Assembly (NCBI GenBank): GCA_030425805.1
Contig: JAUHZC010000003.1
Location: 701-64,700, forward strand
Reading direction: 5' to 3'
Length of the DNA: 64,000 nt
Origin: Alphaproteobacteria bacterium
GTDB taxonomy: Bacteria > Pseudomonadota > Alphaproteobacteria > JAUHZC01
Of this stretch, positions 10,766 to 20,056 are shown piece by piece (positions within the stretch are counted from its first letter, which is position 1; every line of letters starts with the position of its first letter). The notes under the pieces are model-generated. The model was not told the DNA's origin and did not search any database. It saw nothing but the letters and a program-made list of their open reading frames with translations. Position numbers and translations under genes: made by a program.

Positions 10766-11320
10766 TCACAACTTCTGCCATTTTTCCCACATGCGCAGGA
10801 CTGAGCGCTCTGTTGTGGGAAGATTTTTTTCGCCCTTATGGAACCAAGCCAAAGCCTTAGATTCACTGTTTTGGACTAATTCTTCATCACTATTCACTTT
10901 AAGAATAAACCGTAGATCAAGATGTTTGTGTGCTGGGACCCTCTTGTATTCTGGAATCTCATGAATATCAATATCAAAAACCTTTTCACTGACAGGAATA
11001 ATCCCCTGTATCCCTGATTCTTCTTGTGCCTCTTTGATTGCCACAGCCAAACAATCTTGATCTCCATCACAATGTCCACCAGTCTGCATCCAACGATCAA
11101 GCTTACGGTGATGCATCAACAATGCTCGTTCTCCTGTTTTATCTAGTAACCACGCAGAGGCTGTAAAATGTCCTGTTAAGCAAGCCCGTTCAAAAGCATT
11201 GCTATGAGACTTGTAAAAATCTAGCATTTCTTCCTTAAAAGGGATTTCTTCGAGAGTTGGAGTATAAGCATTTAAAAGTTCTGGCAGTGTTTTCATCGAC
11301 ATCCTCCACATAATGCCCAA
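10766..11320 (-). CDS. NUDIX hydrolase
   Basis: GHFTASAW, GGHCDG...AIKEAQEESG Nudix box; start may be a downstream Met. Confidence 0.88.
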   Translation of the reverse strand: MGIMWRMSMKTLPELLNAYTPTLEEIPFKEEMLDFYKSHSNAFERACLTGHFTASAWLLDKTGERALLMHHRKLDRWMQTGGHCDGDQDCLAVAIKEAQEESGIQGIIPVSEKVFDIDIHEIPEYKRVPAHKHLDLRFILKVNSDEELVQNSESKALAWFHKGEKNLPTTERSVLRMWEKWQKL

Positions 11321-11406
11321 GCTTAGAACGTTAATTTCATGGAGAAAAGGTCTCTATCTCCATTTCATTGACTTTGACAGAGAAAATAGTGTAAGAAATC
11401 CAGCAG

Positions 11407-11480
11407 GGCCCGATGGCAGAGTGGTGATGCAGAGGACTGCAAATCCTTGTACGTCGGTTCGATTCCGGCTCGGGCCTCCA
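11407..11480 (+). tRNA. tRNA-Cys(GCA)
   Basis: GGCCCGA/TCGGGCC acceptor stem, CTGCAAA anticodon loop, GGTTCGATTCC T-arm, encoded CCA. Confidence 0.97.
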
Positions 11481-11533
11481 CTTTTAATAATTTTTTCACC
11501 TAAAACAATTTAAAATAATAAAAAACATTTTTT

Positions 11534-13351
11534 ATGAAGAAATTATACTTTTCCTTGTTCTTAATTCTTTCTCTTTCTGCAAGCAGCTATGGAGCTGCTG
11601 AGCCAGAGGCTACTCCTGGTGCTTCATCCTCGTCTGAAGCAGCCACAGCGCAGACACATGTTGATGCTCTACTTGCAGAATTGGACACTATGCGTGCAAA
11701 ATTTCATGGATGGGCTACTTCTCCAGCAGTCACAGCCAAGATGGGAGCCCTAACCCCATTTATGTTTCGTGGATGGGAAAGAGCCCGCAGAGATGTCCGT
11801 CGCTTGACTGTCCCTATGCGTGCCCATGCTGCTTCCCTCCCTCTGCACCAAAGGAAAGAAGGAGCGACTATTCGGGGCGCTCAATCCCCCATCCTTGCGG
11901 CTCGTTTCAAGGCCTTTGCAAGGATTGCACAAGCTCATATTGATGCTATTCGTACCAGAGGAGAAGAAATTTACAATCCTGGAAGGTTTGCAGGGGTTCT
12001 TGCAGAATTTGGAGGACGTGAAACACTTTCTGTTCATGAGATCATGACAGCAGTTTTGCGTATTACAACAGCTCTTTCTCCTGTAAGTCTGGAGAATGAA
12101 GCTATGGGTAAATTTACCCCTGAAGAAAAAAGTCTTCCGTGGTCAAAATATACAGGAGATCATTTGCACGGTTTTAAATCGAGTCGGCCTGCAGACTTTT
12201 CTTCACCGCAAGAACTTGCTAGTGAATTTCTTGATAAATTGGTAGGAAGTGCTCTGGATCCGATCCCTCTTCCCCTTCCTGGACAAGGCTTTCTTGGCAC
12301 TGGAACCCTAGGAATTCTTGTGACTTCTGGTGTAGGGGCCATTCCCCTTTCTTGCGAAGTCTGTAAGGTTCATGGTCTTGAAATGGCCTCAACAACAAGT
12401 GTTGAACATGATGCCTACCACTTGTTGGCCTCTTTTCTGACAAATCCAAGACCAGCTCTCCGTCAAGCAACCATTAGATACATTGCACAACACCACCCAG
12501 GAAAAGATGTTTTAGCGCTCCCTCCAGAAACCTTTGATGAAGCTGTCCTACATGTCCTAAGGAACTATGTAGAGTATGTAAGGTTTATGATAGGTGTTTT
12601 TAGGGCCGCATTAGAAAACGACGACCGTCCACAAGCTACCCGAGATTTAAATGCATTTTTCCTTATGGTTCACGAACTTGTTGGCGTGACTCCTCGCCTT
12701 GAAAACGAAGGTGGTAGTGTGGCAATGCTTGCAGAATACCTCACTGAGATCAGGGAAACAAATATTGAAAAAGAGACGCTTGGAAACCCAGATTCGCCTC
12801 TCCTAGCTGTGCTTGAAGATCGACTTGCAGCAGAGCCAGGTTTTGGAGCCTTTGAAACAGGGGGTGCTCGTTCAGATACGACAGATCTTTCCTTCTTAGA
12901 TGAGGCTGTTCAGGCACATTTGCGCCAGAAATATGGTGCTCCTGCAGGGGCTTATACGGGAACTCGTATTCAGAAAGTTTTTAACACAGGGTCAACCTGG
13001 CAAATTGAACTCGTTGTACCATACACAGGATCTGAGCCTGTAGCTGGAGTGCTTCATGTTGTTCTTGTCACAAGAAAATATCGAGAAGGGGATCGTCGTG
13101 ATGCCATAAAAACTCTACGCCTTTTTGGTCCTGAATATGCAGCCTTCGCAGGAAATCCCTATGGCCCTCTCTCTGAAGAGTTAAATGCTTTTGCTGATCG
13201 ACTGCTAGCACTTCATTTCCCTGGTGGCGGAGGAGGTGGAGGGGCAGCAGGGCAGCTAGCGGCAGCAGCGGGAAATGAGGACGAAGCCTTAGCGCCACAG
13301 GCTGGAGGTGGAGGAGGAGCAGCGGCAGCAAGCGCAGGTGGAACTCTTTAA
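11534..13351 (+). CDS. Hypothetical exported protein with Gly/Ala-rich tail
   Basis: 605-aa ORF with signal peptide MKKLYFSLFLILSLSASSYGA; HDAYH and VHE motifs; no family recognised. Confidence 0.8.
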   Translation: MKKLYFSLFLILSLSASSYGAAEPEATPGASSSSEAATAQTHVDALLAELDTMRAKFHGWATSPAVTAKMGALTPFMFRGWERARRDVRRLTVPMRAHAASLPLHQRKEGATIRGAQSPILAARFKAFARIAQAHIDAIRTRGEEIYNPGRFAGVLAEFGGRETLSVHEIMTAVLRITTALSPVSLENEAMGKFTPEEKSLPWSKYTGDHLHGFKSSRPADFSSPQELASEFLDKLVGSALDPIPLPLPGQGFLGTGTLGILVTSGVGAIPLSCEVCKVHGLEMASTTSVEHDAYHLLASFLTNPRPALRQATIRYIAQHHPGKDVLALPPETFDEAVLHVLRNYVEYVRFMIGVFRAALENDDRPQATRDLNAFFLMVHELVGVTPRLENEGGSVAMLAEYLTEIRETNIEKETLGNPDSPLLAVLEDRLAAEPGFGAFETGGARSDTTDLSFLDEAVQAHLRQKYGAPAGAYTGTRIQKVFNTGSTWQIELVVPYTGSEPVAGVLHVVLVTRKYREGDRRDAIKTLRLFGPEYAAFAGNPYGPLSEELNAFADRLLALHFPGGGGGGGAAGQLAAAAGNEDEALAPQAGGGGGAAAASAGGTL

Positions 13352-13415
13352 TAAGACATCCCCTTCCCGGATAAGGAAAATCTTGGTAAGATGACCTGAC
13401 TTAGACAACATCAGG

Positions 13416-15239
13416 GTGGTTCGGGTGTCTTTAGCCCCATTGCTTTATTACTACCAACGAGAAATGAATTACCTCCGCAATGCGGGGCAGCGGTTTGCGC
13501 AACAATACCCAAAAATTGCCAAGCGCTTGGAGCTTGATCTTCAGGGATCTAGTGATCCCCATGTGGAGCGTCTCTTGGAAAGTTTTGCCTTTCTAACAGG
13601 AAAGATCCAACGGGATCTTGATGATCAATTCCCTCGTGTTGCTCAAAATCTCTTGAATGTTCTGTATCCCCACATGATGCAGTCCATGCCATCCACAACA
13701 ACACTTTGCTTCAAGCCAGATCCAGATCAAGCCCCTCCAAATGTTGGTATTGTCATTCCGCGCTATTATCCTATGTTTGCTGAGGTTGGGGAAGAGAATG
13801 AAGCATGTTGGTATCGCATTACACAAACGATTGAGCGTTACCCGTTAGAAGTGGAGAAAGTCCGTGTCTGTGGCCCGAGTGATCTTGGCTTGACTGGAAA
13901 GCGAGCTGTTTCTGAGCAGTGCCTTCATATTAAGTTTGAGGACATCTCTAGTATCCATATTTACAATCACATGCCAAAGAAAATTTGCATGCACTTGAGT
14001 GGAGATCCTCGGACAAAGCACTTGATTCTCCAGGCTCTTCTCTCCCAAGAGAATATTCAAATCCTTTGCGGAGACTTGAGTAAGGGCGAAGAAAATATGG
14101 AGGTTCTCCCCCGGGGAAGCCTGGTGCACCGTGGTTTTGAACAAGATGAATCCCTGCTCCTTCTTCCAGAAACTTATGGAGCTGGTCACCGCCTTTTAGA
14201 CGAGTTTTTCCACTATCCAGACAAATACATGTACCTTGATGTGGAAAATATTCCATATAACCTCTGTGAAGAGCAACTGGATCTTGTCTTTTCCCTACCC
14301 CGAGATTTTGAACTCAAAAACGGCCCACTCGATAAAGATACAATCATGTATGGTTGTGCCCCTGCCGTGAATCTCTTTCCTGTACTCACAGAGCCTGTTT
14401 CTCTCAAGCACACCCAAGTTGAGTATCGTCTTGTCGGAGATTATCGACGGGAAAACAGTGTTGAAATTCATTCCATCCACCGTGTGCTCGGCGCGAGTGA
14501 TGATCAGGATGAACCTTTTGAAATGGAACCCTATTTCAGCCTCCGCCACCAATCCTATAATAAAAATGGATCTTTTTGGCATGCGCGCCTCGTGCCCATG
14601 GAAATGAACAATGTTCAAGGAACGGATGTTCTGATTTCATTTGTCGATGCTGCTTTTAACCCCATCACCTCTCCCGTCGAAACAGTCTATGGGGAAGTCA
14701 TCTGCACAAATCGTGCAGCAACGCATATGATTGGTGCAAATACAACTTTTGCTAATGATGGGGATAGTGTCGAGGGTTACACTGTTACATGTATTGATAA
14801 ACCGACTTCTCAGGTTTACCCAGCCTTGGATGGACGAAATCAGTGGAAACTGATCTCATCACTTGCCCTAAGCCATCTCTCCCTCGCTGACCAAAAAGAT
14901 GGTCTAAAGCGCCTCCAGGAAACGCTCCTCCTCCATTGTCGCACGCCAGAGCAATACAGTATCGTTGATGGACTTGAGAAAATGACCATTAAAGATAGCG
15001 CCCACCGCTTTGGTAATGAGGCTTGGCGGGGCTTTGTACAAGGCATGGACATTGATATTCACATGGATGAGCAAAATTTTGCAGGCACAAGTTCTTTTCT
15101 GTTCTCTGAAATTTTGAGTTATTTCTTTGGTGAATATGCTGGTATGAACAGCTTCACCCGCCTGAATTATTATAACACCCAACAGAAAGGAGTGCGTCAC
15201 CGATGGCCAGCCCGCAGCGGAAATCGCGCCCTTCTATAG
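13416..15239 (+). CDS. tssF: Type VI secretion baseplate subunit TssF
   Basis: YYQREMNYLR..GQRFAQQYPKIAKRL, DPHVERLLESFAFLTG, PAVNLF, NSFTRL, C-terminal WPARSG. Confidence 0.95.
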   Translation: MVRVSLAPLLYYYQREMNYLRNAGQRFAQQYPKIAKRLELDLQGSSDPHVERLLESFAFLTGKIQRDLDDQFPRVAQNLLNVLYPHMMQSMPSTTTLCFKPDPDQAPPNVGIVIPRYYPMFAEVGEENEACWYRITQTIERYPLEVEKVRVCGPSDLGLTGKRAVSEQCLHIKFEDISSIHIYNHMPKKICMHLSGDPRTKHLILQALLSQENIQILCGDLSKGEENMEVLPRGSLVHRGFEQDESLLLLPETYGAGHRLLDEFFHYPDKYMYLDVENIPYNLCEEQLDLVFSLPRDFELKNGPLDKDTIMYGCAPAVNLFPVLTEPVSLKHTQVEYRLVGDYRRENSVEIHSIHRVLGASDDQDEPFEMEPYFSLRHQSYNKNGSFWHARLVPMEMNNVQGTDVLISFVDAAFNPITSPVETVYGEVICTNRAATHMIGANTTFANDGDSVEGYTVTCIDKPTSQVYPALDGRNQWKLISSLALSHLSLADQKDGLKRLQETLLLHCRTPEQYSIVDGLEKMTIKDSAHRFGNEAWRGFVQGMDIDIHMDEQNFAGTSSFLFSEILSYFFGEYAGMNSFTRLNYYNTQQKGVRHRWPARSGNRALL

Positions 15240-16240
15240 GGGAATATCTCTTTGAGGAGCCCTATAAGTTTGACTTTCACCAGGCTTTAAAAATCCTGGA
15301 TGCCCTTAATCCTAAGGGTGTTCCTGTTGGAGAAGGCGTCCTCCCTGAAAGGGAATCCGTGCAACTGAGATCTCGGGTTTTTTTGGGTAGCTCTCCGAGC
15401 CAGCTCCAACAACTCCTGCCAGGACATCGACTGGATCCTCCTAAACTTGAAGTGAATTTTATGGGAATAGCAGGAGAATCTGGCCCCCTACCTGCTGTCT
15501 ATGCTGAAATGCTTCTTGAGCGCAAAGCTAAAAAAGATCACGCAATGGACGATTTTCTCCAGATCTTTAACCATCGGCTTCTCTCAATGGTTGCAAGAAA
15601 TGGGCGTAAGCACTGGCCAGCTCTTCATAATGGGCGTATTGAAGACAATCCTTTTGCTGATACCTTGCTTTCTTTGTCAGGGATGTTTTTCCTCAAAGAT
15701 AGCCCTCTGAAAACTATTGAAAATCGGAGTTTCCTTCCCTACACAGGGATGCTTTGGGATCAACGATGTTCAGCACGTTCCCTCCAGGACATGATAAGAA
15801 ATTTCCTCCAAGTCCCCGCAGCCGTAAAATCTTTCATTGGCAAATGGCATCATATTCCAGGAAATGCCCAAACACGCATCCACTCTGTGTATGAAAAAGG
15901 ACAAAATCACCGCCTTGGAGAAACAGCTACACTAGGAGATCGATACTGGGATCAAGCCGCTGAAATTCTTGTAGAGCTTGACCTTGAGAAGTTTGAGCGA
16001 TGGGAAAGTCTCTTACCGGGCCAAATTGCTTGGTCGCGTGTGATGACACTGATTCGCTCAGCTGTTCCCTCCCAAATCCAGGTCCAAGTTAAGTTGACTC
16101 TCTCTCAGAAACAATTCAAACCCACCCGACTTGATCAGCAATCTCCCCTCGGCTGGGGAAGTTTTCTTGGCTCCCCAAAAAAAACAAAAGAAAGCTTCGG
16201 AATCAGTGGGGAGTTTTGTCAGAATCTAGAATTATACTAA
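15203..16240 (+). CDS. tssG: Type VI secretion baseplate subunit TssG
   Basis: PYKFDFHQA, NFMGIAGESGPLP, DFLQIFNHRL, LGWGSFLG; overlaps tssF. Confidence 0.93.
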   Translation: MASPQRKSRPSIGEYLFEEPYKFDFHQALKILDALNPKGVPVGEGVLPERESVQLRSRVFLGSSPSQLQQLLPGHRLDPPKLEVNFMGIAGESGPLPAVYAEMLLERKAKKDHAMDDFLQIFNHRLLSMVARNGRKHWPALHNGRIEDNPFADTLLSLSGMFFLKDSPLKTIENRSFLPYTGMLWDQRCSARSLQDMIRNFLQVPAAVKSFIGKWHHIPGNAQTRIHSVYEKGQNHRLGETATLGDRYWDQAAEILVELDLEKFERWESLLPGQIAWSRVMTLIRSAVPSQIQVQVKLTLSQKQFKPTRLDQQSPLGWGSFLGSPKKTKESFGISGEFCQNLELY

Positions 16241-16279
16241 ATCCTTCCCTCCAGGATAGAGAACCATTATACTAAGCCT

Positions 16280-16930
16280 ATGTCTACAGTCGATCCCCTC
16301 GTTGAACTTCTCATTCTTGGCGCTATCGTTGCTGCTATTGGATATTTTTACTACAACCTCCTTGGATCCCGTTCTGCTGACGATCCTACGATTGATGAGA
16401 ATGTAGTACCAATTCACCCTGTCCACACGTCAAAAGGAAAAACAGTTGAACCCCAGCTTGAAGATATTAATGTTTCAGGAGATGGGATTTATGTTCTGGA
16501 AGACCACATGCCTGGCTTTAAAAGTCGGGATTTCTTGAGTGGTGCAGAAGCAGCATTCCGTATGATTGTTGAGGCCTTTGCAAAAGGGGACACAAAAACC
16601 CTTAGTACGCTTCTCGGTCCTGAACTTTTGAAGAGCTTTGGTGACTCCATTAAAGAGCGTGAAAAAGCGGGGCATACCCTGGAAGCAAAAGTTGTTCACG
16701 TCAACAAAGCACAAGTTGTGCAAGCCGAGATTAAAAAAGGATTTGCACAAGTTAAAGTTCGTTATGCCACGAGTCAGCTCAATAAACTTACCGATAAAAA
16801 AGGCAAAGTTCTCGAAGAAACTCCTCAAGATAGTTATGATTCAGTAGCAGATTTATGGACGTATCAAAAATCTCTGCGGGATACATCCCCCCACTGGATT
16901 CTTATTCAAACGGAACCCGTTGAGGAATAA
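16280..16930 (+). CDS. Tim44/TimA-like protein
   Basis: N-terminal TM; FLSGAEAAFRMIVEAFAKGD; DLWTY..PHWILIQT; tim44-mltA-smr order typical of alphaproteobacteria. Confidence 0.88.
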   Translation: MSTVDPLVELLILGAIVAAIGYFYYNLLGSRSADDPTIDENVVPIHPVHTSKGKTVEPQLEDINVSGDGIYVLEDHMPGFKSRDFLSGAEAAFRMIVEAFAKGDTKTLSTLLGPELLKSFGDSIKEREKAGHTLEAKVVHVNKAQVVQAEIKKGFAQVKVRYATSQLNKLTDKKGKVLEETPQDSYDSVADLWTYQKSLRDTSPHWILIQTEPVEE

Positions 16931-16956
16931 CAAAAACGTGAGAGGGAGCCTAAACG

Positions 16957-17817
16957 ATGCAATCCCTTGCAATCCAAAATTGCTTTAGCCACACGCACTC
17001 CGTTCGGAATACACCTCTCTTTTTTTCTGAAAATTTTGTAGAAAATTTAGAAGCAATGTATAAAAAATCTCCTGATCGCTTTTCAGAAGAACCCTCGTTG
17101 CATAGTCTTTTCGAAGTCTTAGAAAAAATTACTCTCCCCACAACTTTTCCAGGAAAACTCACAGGGTACTTTACCCCTTCAATCATCGCCCAGAGACACG
17201 CTGATGAAATTTTTTCCTGGCCTATATGGGGTGCTGTGCCTCAAACATACCATCACCATCCACGAGGATGGTTTTATGAAAACAAAGATCAGCTTTTAGA
17301 TTATGTGCTTTGTTGGGTAAGCTCTCCTGTTGAAGCTTGGCTATGTGATGTGCAAGGTTCTGCCCGAGTTATTCTAGAGGGGCAAGAACAGTGGGTTGGT
17401 CTTTGGGGGCGCAATACCCATCCATATACGAGTATCGGACAGCTCTTCCGAGAACAGGGATACAAAAACATCACAGCACCACAGCTGGTTGAGCTTCTTA
17501 AGGCAGAGGAAAATCCTTGCCAGATTTTAAGTCAAAACGAGAGTCAGATTTTTTTCCAGTGGTCAGAGTCCCCTTATACAGCCCTAGGAATAAAACCTTT
17601 TCCCTTTTCAACAATCGCTGTCGATCCTCAGTTTATTCAGTCCCCAGTTGCCCTTGTTTCCCTTGAAGGATTGCATTTCCTCGCAATCCCAAGTGATATC
17701 GGAAGCGCTATCAAAGGTCCTCATCGGGCAGACCTCTACTGCGGAATTGGTAATGAAGCCTTTAACATTGCAGGAGGATTAAACACCCCTCTTCATCTCC
17801 AAGAGGTATTTCTGTGA
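16957..17817 (+). CDS. mltA: MltA-family lytic transglycosylase (3D domain), short and divergent
   Basis: LTGYFTP, VQGSARV, NESQIFF, IAVDP, DIGSAIKGPHRADLYCG. Confidence 0.82.
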   Translation: MQSLAIQNCFSHTHSVRNTPLFFSENFVENLEAMYKKSPDRFSEEPSLHSLFEVLEKITLPTTFPGKLTGYFTPSIIAQRHADEIFSWPIWGAVPQTYHHHPRGWFYENKDQLLDYVLCWVSSPVEAWLCDVQGSARVILEGQEQWVGLWGRNTHPYTSIGQLFREQGYKNITAPQLVELLKAEENPCQILSQNESQIFFQWSESPYTALGIKPFPFSTIAVDPQFIQSPVALVSLEGLHFLAIPSDIGSAIKGPHRADLYCGIGNEAFNIAGGLNTPLHLQEVFL

Positions 17818-18311
17818 CAAAGAAACCAGCCGACTATGCTCTCTGGCAAGCCTATAAAAGGCGCGTCACGCCCCTGCGCCCTCAAATCGAAACCGAAGAA
17901 TCTCCACAAACCCTTCAAAAAAAGCTTTCATCTTCAACTGCTTTAAACCAGCCAACCCTCCCTCCTGCACGAAAAAAAACATTAGGTTTGCAAAAGCTTC
18001 AATATCCAAAACGTGTAAAAGCCCAAGCTACACTTGATCTCCATGGCATGACCCGGGAAGAAGCCTCTATTGCCCTCCTGCATTTCCTTCGAAAGTCCCA
18101 AGCGATGGATTTAAAGAATGTGCTTGTAATCACAGGAAAGTCAACGAAGAAACATCTTGTGGGAAAAGGGCATGAAACCTTGAGCGGAGCTCTCTTACAA
18201 TGGCTTCAACAACCAACTTTCAAGACCTTGGTTTCTGGATACACACAAGCACCCCGAAATCTTGGAGGAAGCGGTGCTTATTTATTACAACTCCGAAAAA
18301 CTAAGCCTTAG
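17814..18311 (+). CDS. Smr/MutS2-domain protein
   Basis: LDLHGMT, VLVITGK, GGSGAYLLQL. Confidence 0.9.
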   Translation: MTKKPADYALWQAYKRRVTPLRPQIETEESPQTLQKKLSSSTALNQPTLPPARKKTLGLQKLQYPKRVKAQATLDLHGMTREEASIALLHFLRKSQAMDLKNVLVITGKSTKKHLVGKGHETLSGALLQWLQQPTFKTLVSGYTQAPRNLGGSGAYLLQLRKTKP

Positions 18312-19203
18312 CATCCATTGCCTGGCAAAGTTTAGAGCGGCAGGGTTGATCAAGGAGCGTTGCCATTTCTTGAGCCGCTTCAAGCAGCTTCCCCAGCTGA
18401 ATTCCTGTCTCAAGCCCACTACTTTCAAAAGCGTAAATGATTTCTTCCAAGGCCACATTTCCCCCAGCTCCTGGAGCATAAGGACATCCCCCGAGACCTC
18501 CGGTTGATCCATCAAACGACCGAATCCCCAAAGCAAAAGCCCCCATTGTATTTGCAAGGCCTTGGCCATAGGTGTCATGAAAATGGCACCCAACCCGCAA
18601 TGGATCCATGCGTTGCAAACATTCTTGAATTACTGAGTTTGTCTGAGCCATCACACCTTGCCCTGTTGTTTCCCCCAACACAATTTCATCAACACCCATT
18701 TGATCAAAGGCTTCAAGAACTTCCATTACCTGCTGAGGGTTTACATCGCCTTCAAAAGGGCAATGGGTCATACAGGATACATAAGCTCGGATACGGCTCC
18801 CCCGCTCTTTCACGGGAGCCACCATAGCCCCATAAGTCTGAAGACTTTCATTCACACTCATCCCTATATTGGCCTTTGCAAAACTGTTTGTGCCTGCAGA
18901 AAAAAAGCAAACCGTATCCACCGTTAAATCCTTAAGACGCTCTAATCCTTTAGGGTTTGGAACCAAGACGTAGGTCTGCAATCCAGGGTATTGAGCTTTG
19001 TCCTGGAAAGCCTCAATAACTGCCTCCGTCGCCTGCATTTGAGGCACTGCTTTTGGGTTTACAAGACTTCCTATCTCGATATGCCTCACCCCTGCTGCAT
19101 AGAGCTTTTGAATATAGTGCACCCGATCCTGTGGACTGAGAATTTGGGATTCATTTTGAAGTCCATCTCGTGGAGAAACATCAACAAGTGTGAGGTTATG
19201 CAT
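18301..19203 (-). CDS. Hydroxymethylglutaryl-CoA lyase
   Basis: Start at ATG 19203; DVSPRDGLQNE, HFHDTYGQ, GGLGGCPYAPGAGGN. Confidence 0.93.
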   Translation of the reverse strand: MHNLTLVDVSPRDGLQNESQILSPQDRVHYIQKLYAAGVRHIEIGSLVNPKAVPQMQATEAVIEAFQDKAQYPGLQTYVLVPNPKGLERLKDLTVDTVCFFSAGTNSFAKANIGMSVNESLQTYGAMVAPVKERGSRIRAYVSCMTHCPFEGDVNPQQVMEVLEAFDQMGVDEIVLGETTGQGVMAQTNSVIQECLQRMDPLRVGCHFHDTYGQGLANTMGAFALGIRSFDGSTGGLGGCPYAPGAGGNVALEEIIYAFESSGLETGIQLGKLLEAAQEMATLLDQPCRSKLCQAMDAKA

Positions 19204-19933
19204 CAGCTGAACCCTCCTCACTCCATAACGGAGAACGCTTTTCAAAAAACGCCTGAACCCCCTCTGTAGCTTCAACACCTGATAAAATCTCTGTCATCTT
19301 TTGTGTCCAATTCAATGTTTCCACATCTTTGAGAGATAAGCTTTTCAAGCGCTTCATTGCGTCTGGACCTCCTCTCAAGCAAGAAGCTAAGAGACTCTCA
19401 AAGGACACGTCTTCTTCCCGAAAATGTACTAAGCCGTAACCTTGAGCAGTTGCAGATGATATTGGACATTGAGAAAGACCCAAGGCCTTAAAGGCACTCA
19501 GTCCCATTCTTTTCACAAGGAAAGGACTAATCACACCAGGAACAAGCCCAAAGCGAGCTTCAGATAAACATAGAGTTGTTCCTTCTGCTGCCCAAACAAT
19601 ATCTGCTGAGCTGACCAGGCCAACACCCCCACCATAAATAGGGCCATGAATCTTCATAATAACCGGAATCGGAAGCTGAAGAAGTTTTGTTAAGACTTTT
19701 TCCAAGGTCTTAAGGAGAAGGGTTCCTTGGTCACTTGCCATCTCTTTGAGGTGACCTCCAGCACAAAAAGTAGGGCCCTCTCCCTGAAAAAGAAGCAAGC
19801 GCAAGTTATTGTCTTTCTCCGCTTTTTCAATCACTTCGTATATGGCCTGAACTGTTTTCAAGGATAAAACATTCCGATGTTTAGTATCTTGAAATGTGAC
19901 TGTAAGCACCCTGTTTTTTTGTGTGATATCCAT
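19196..19933 (-). CDS. Enoyl-CoA hydratase family, probable methylglutaconyl-CoA hydratase
   Basis: FCAGG, YGGGVGL, LSEARFGLVP; overlaps the HMG-CoA lyase gene. Confidence 0.85.
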   Translation of the reverse strand: MDITQKNRVLTVTFQDTKHRNVLSLKTVQAIYEVIEKAEKDNNLRLLLFQGEGPTFCAGGHLKEMASDQGTLLLKTLEKVLTKLLQLPIPVIMKIHGPIYGGGVGLVSSADIVWAAEGTTLCLSEARFGLVPGVISPFLVKRMGLSAFKALGLSQCPISSATAQGYGLVHFREEDVSFESLLASCLRGGPDAMKRLKSLSLKDVETLNWTQKMTEILSGVEATEGVQAFFEKRSPLWSEEGSADA

Positions 19934-20056
19934 ATTCTTTCCAAAAAATATTTTTGTTCAAAAAGTAAAAAAATTTTCGAAATTAAGACAATTTTTAATG
20001 TTCTTTAATCTTTATCACCCCATTCTATACCTATTCAATGGAAACTTACAGGCAAT

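Noticed and set aside
11313..11513. 66-aa ORF
   Set aside because: Shadow of tRNA-Cys.
13222..13341. GGA/GCA tandem repeats as a DNA repeat or CRISPR
   Set aside because: Coding poly-Gly/Ala low complexity. No CRISPR array or cas gene was seen anywhere in the window.
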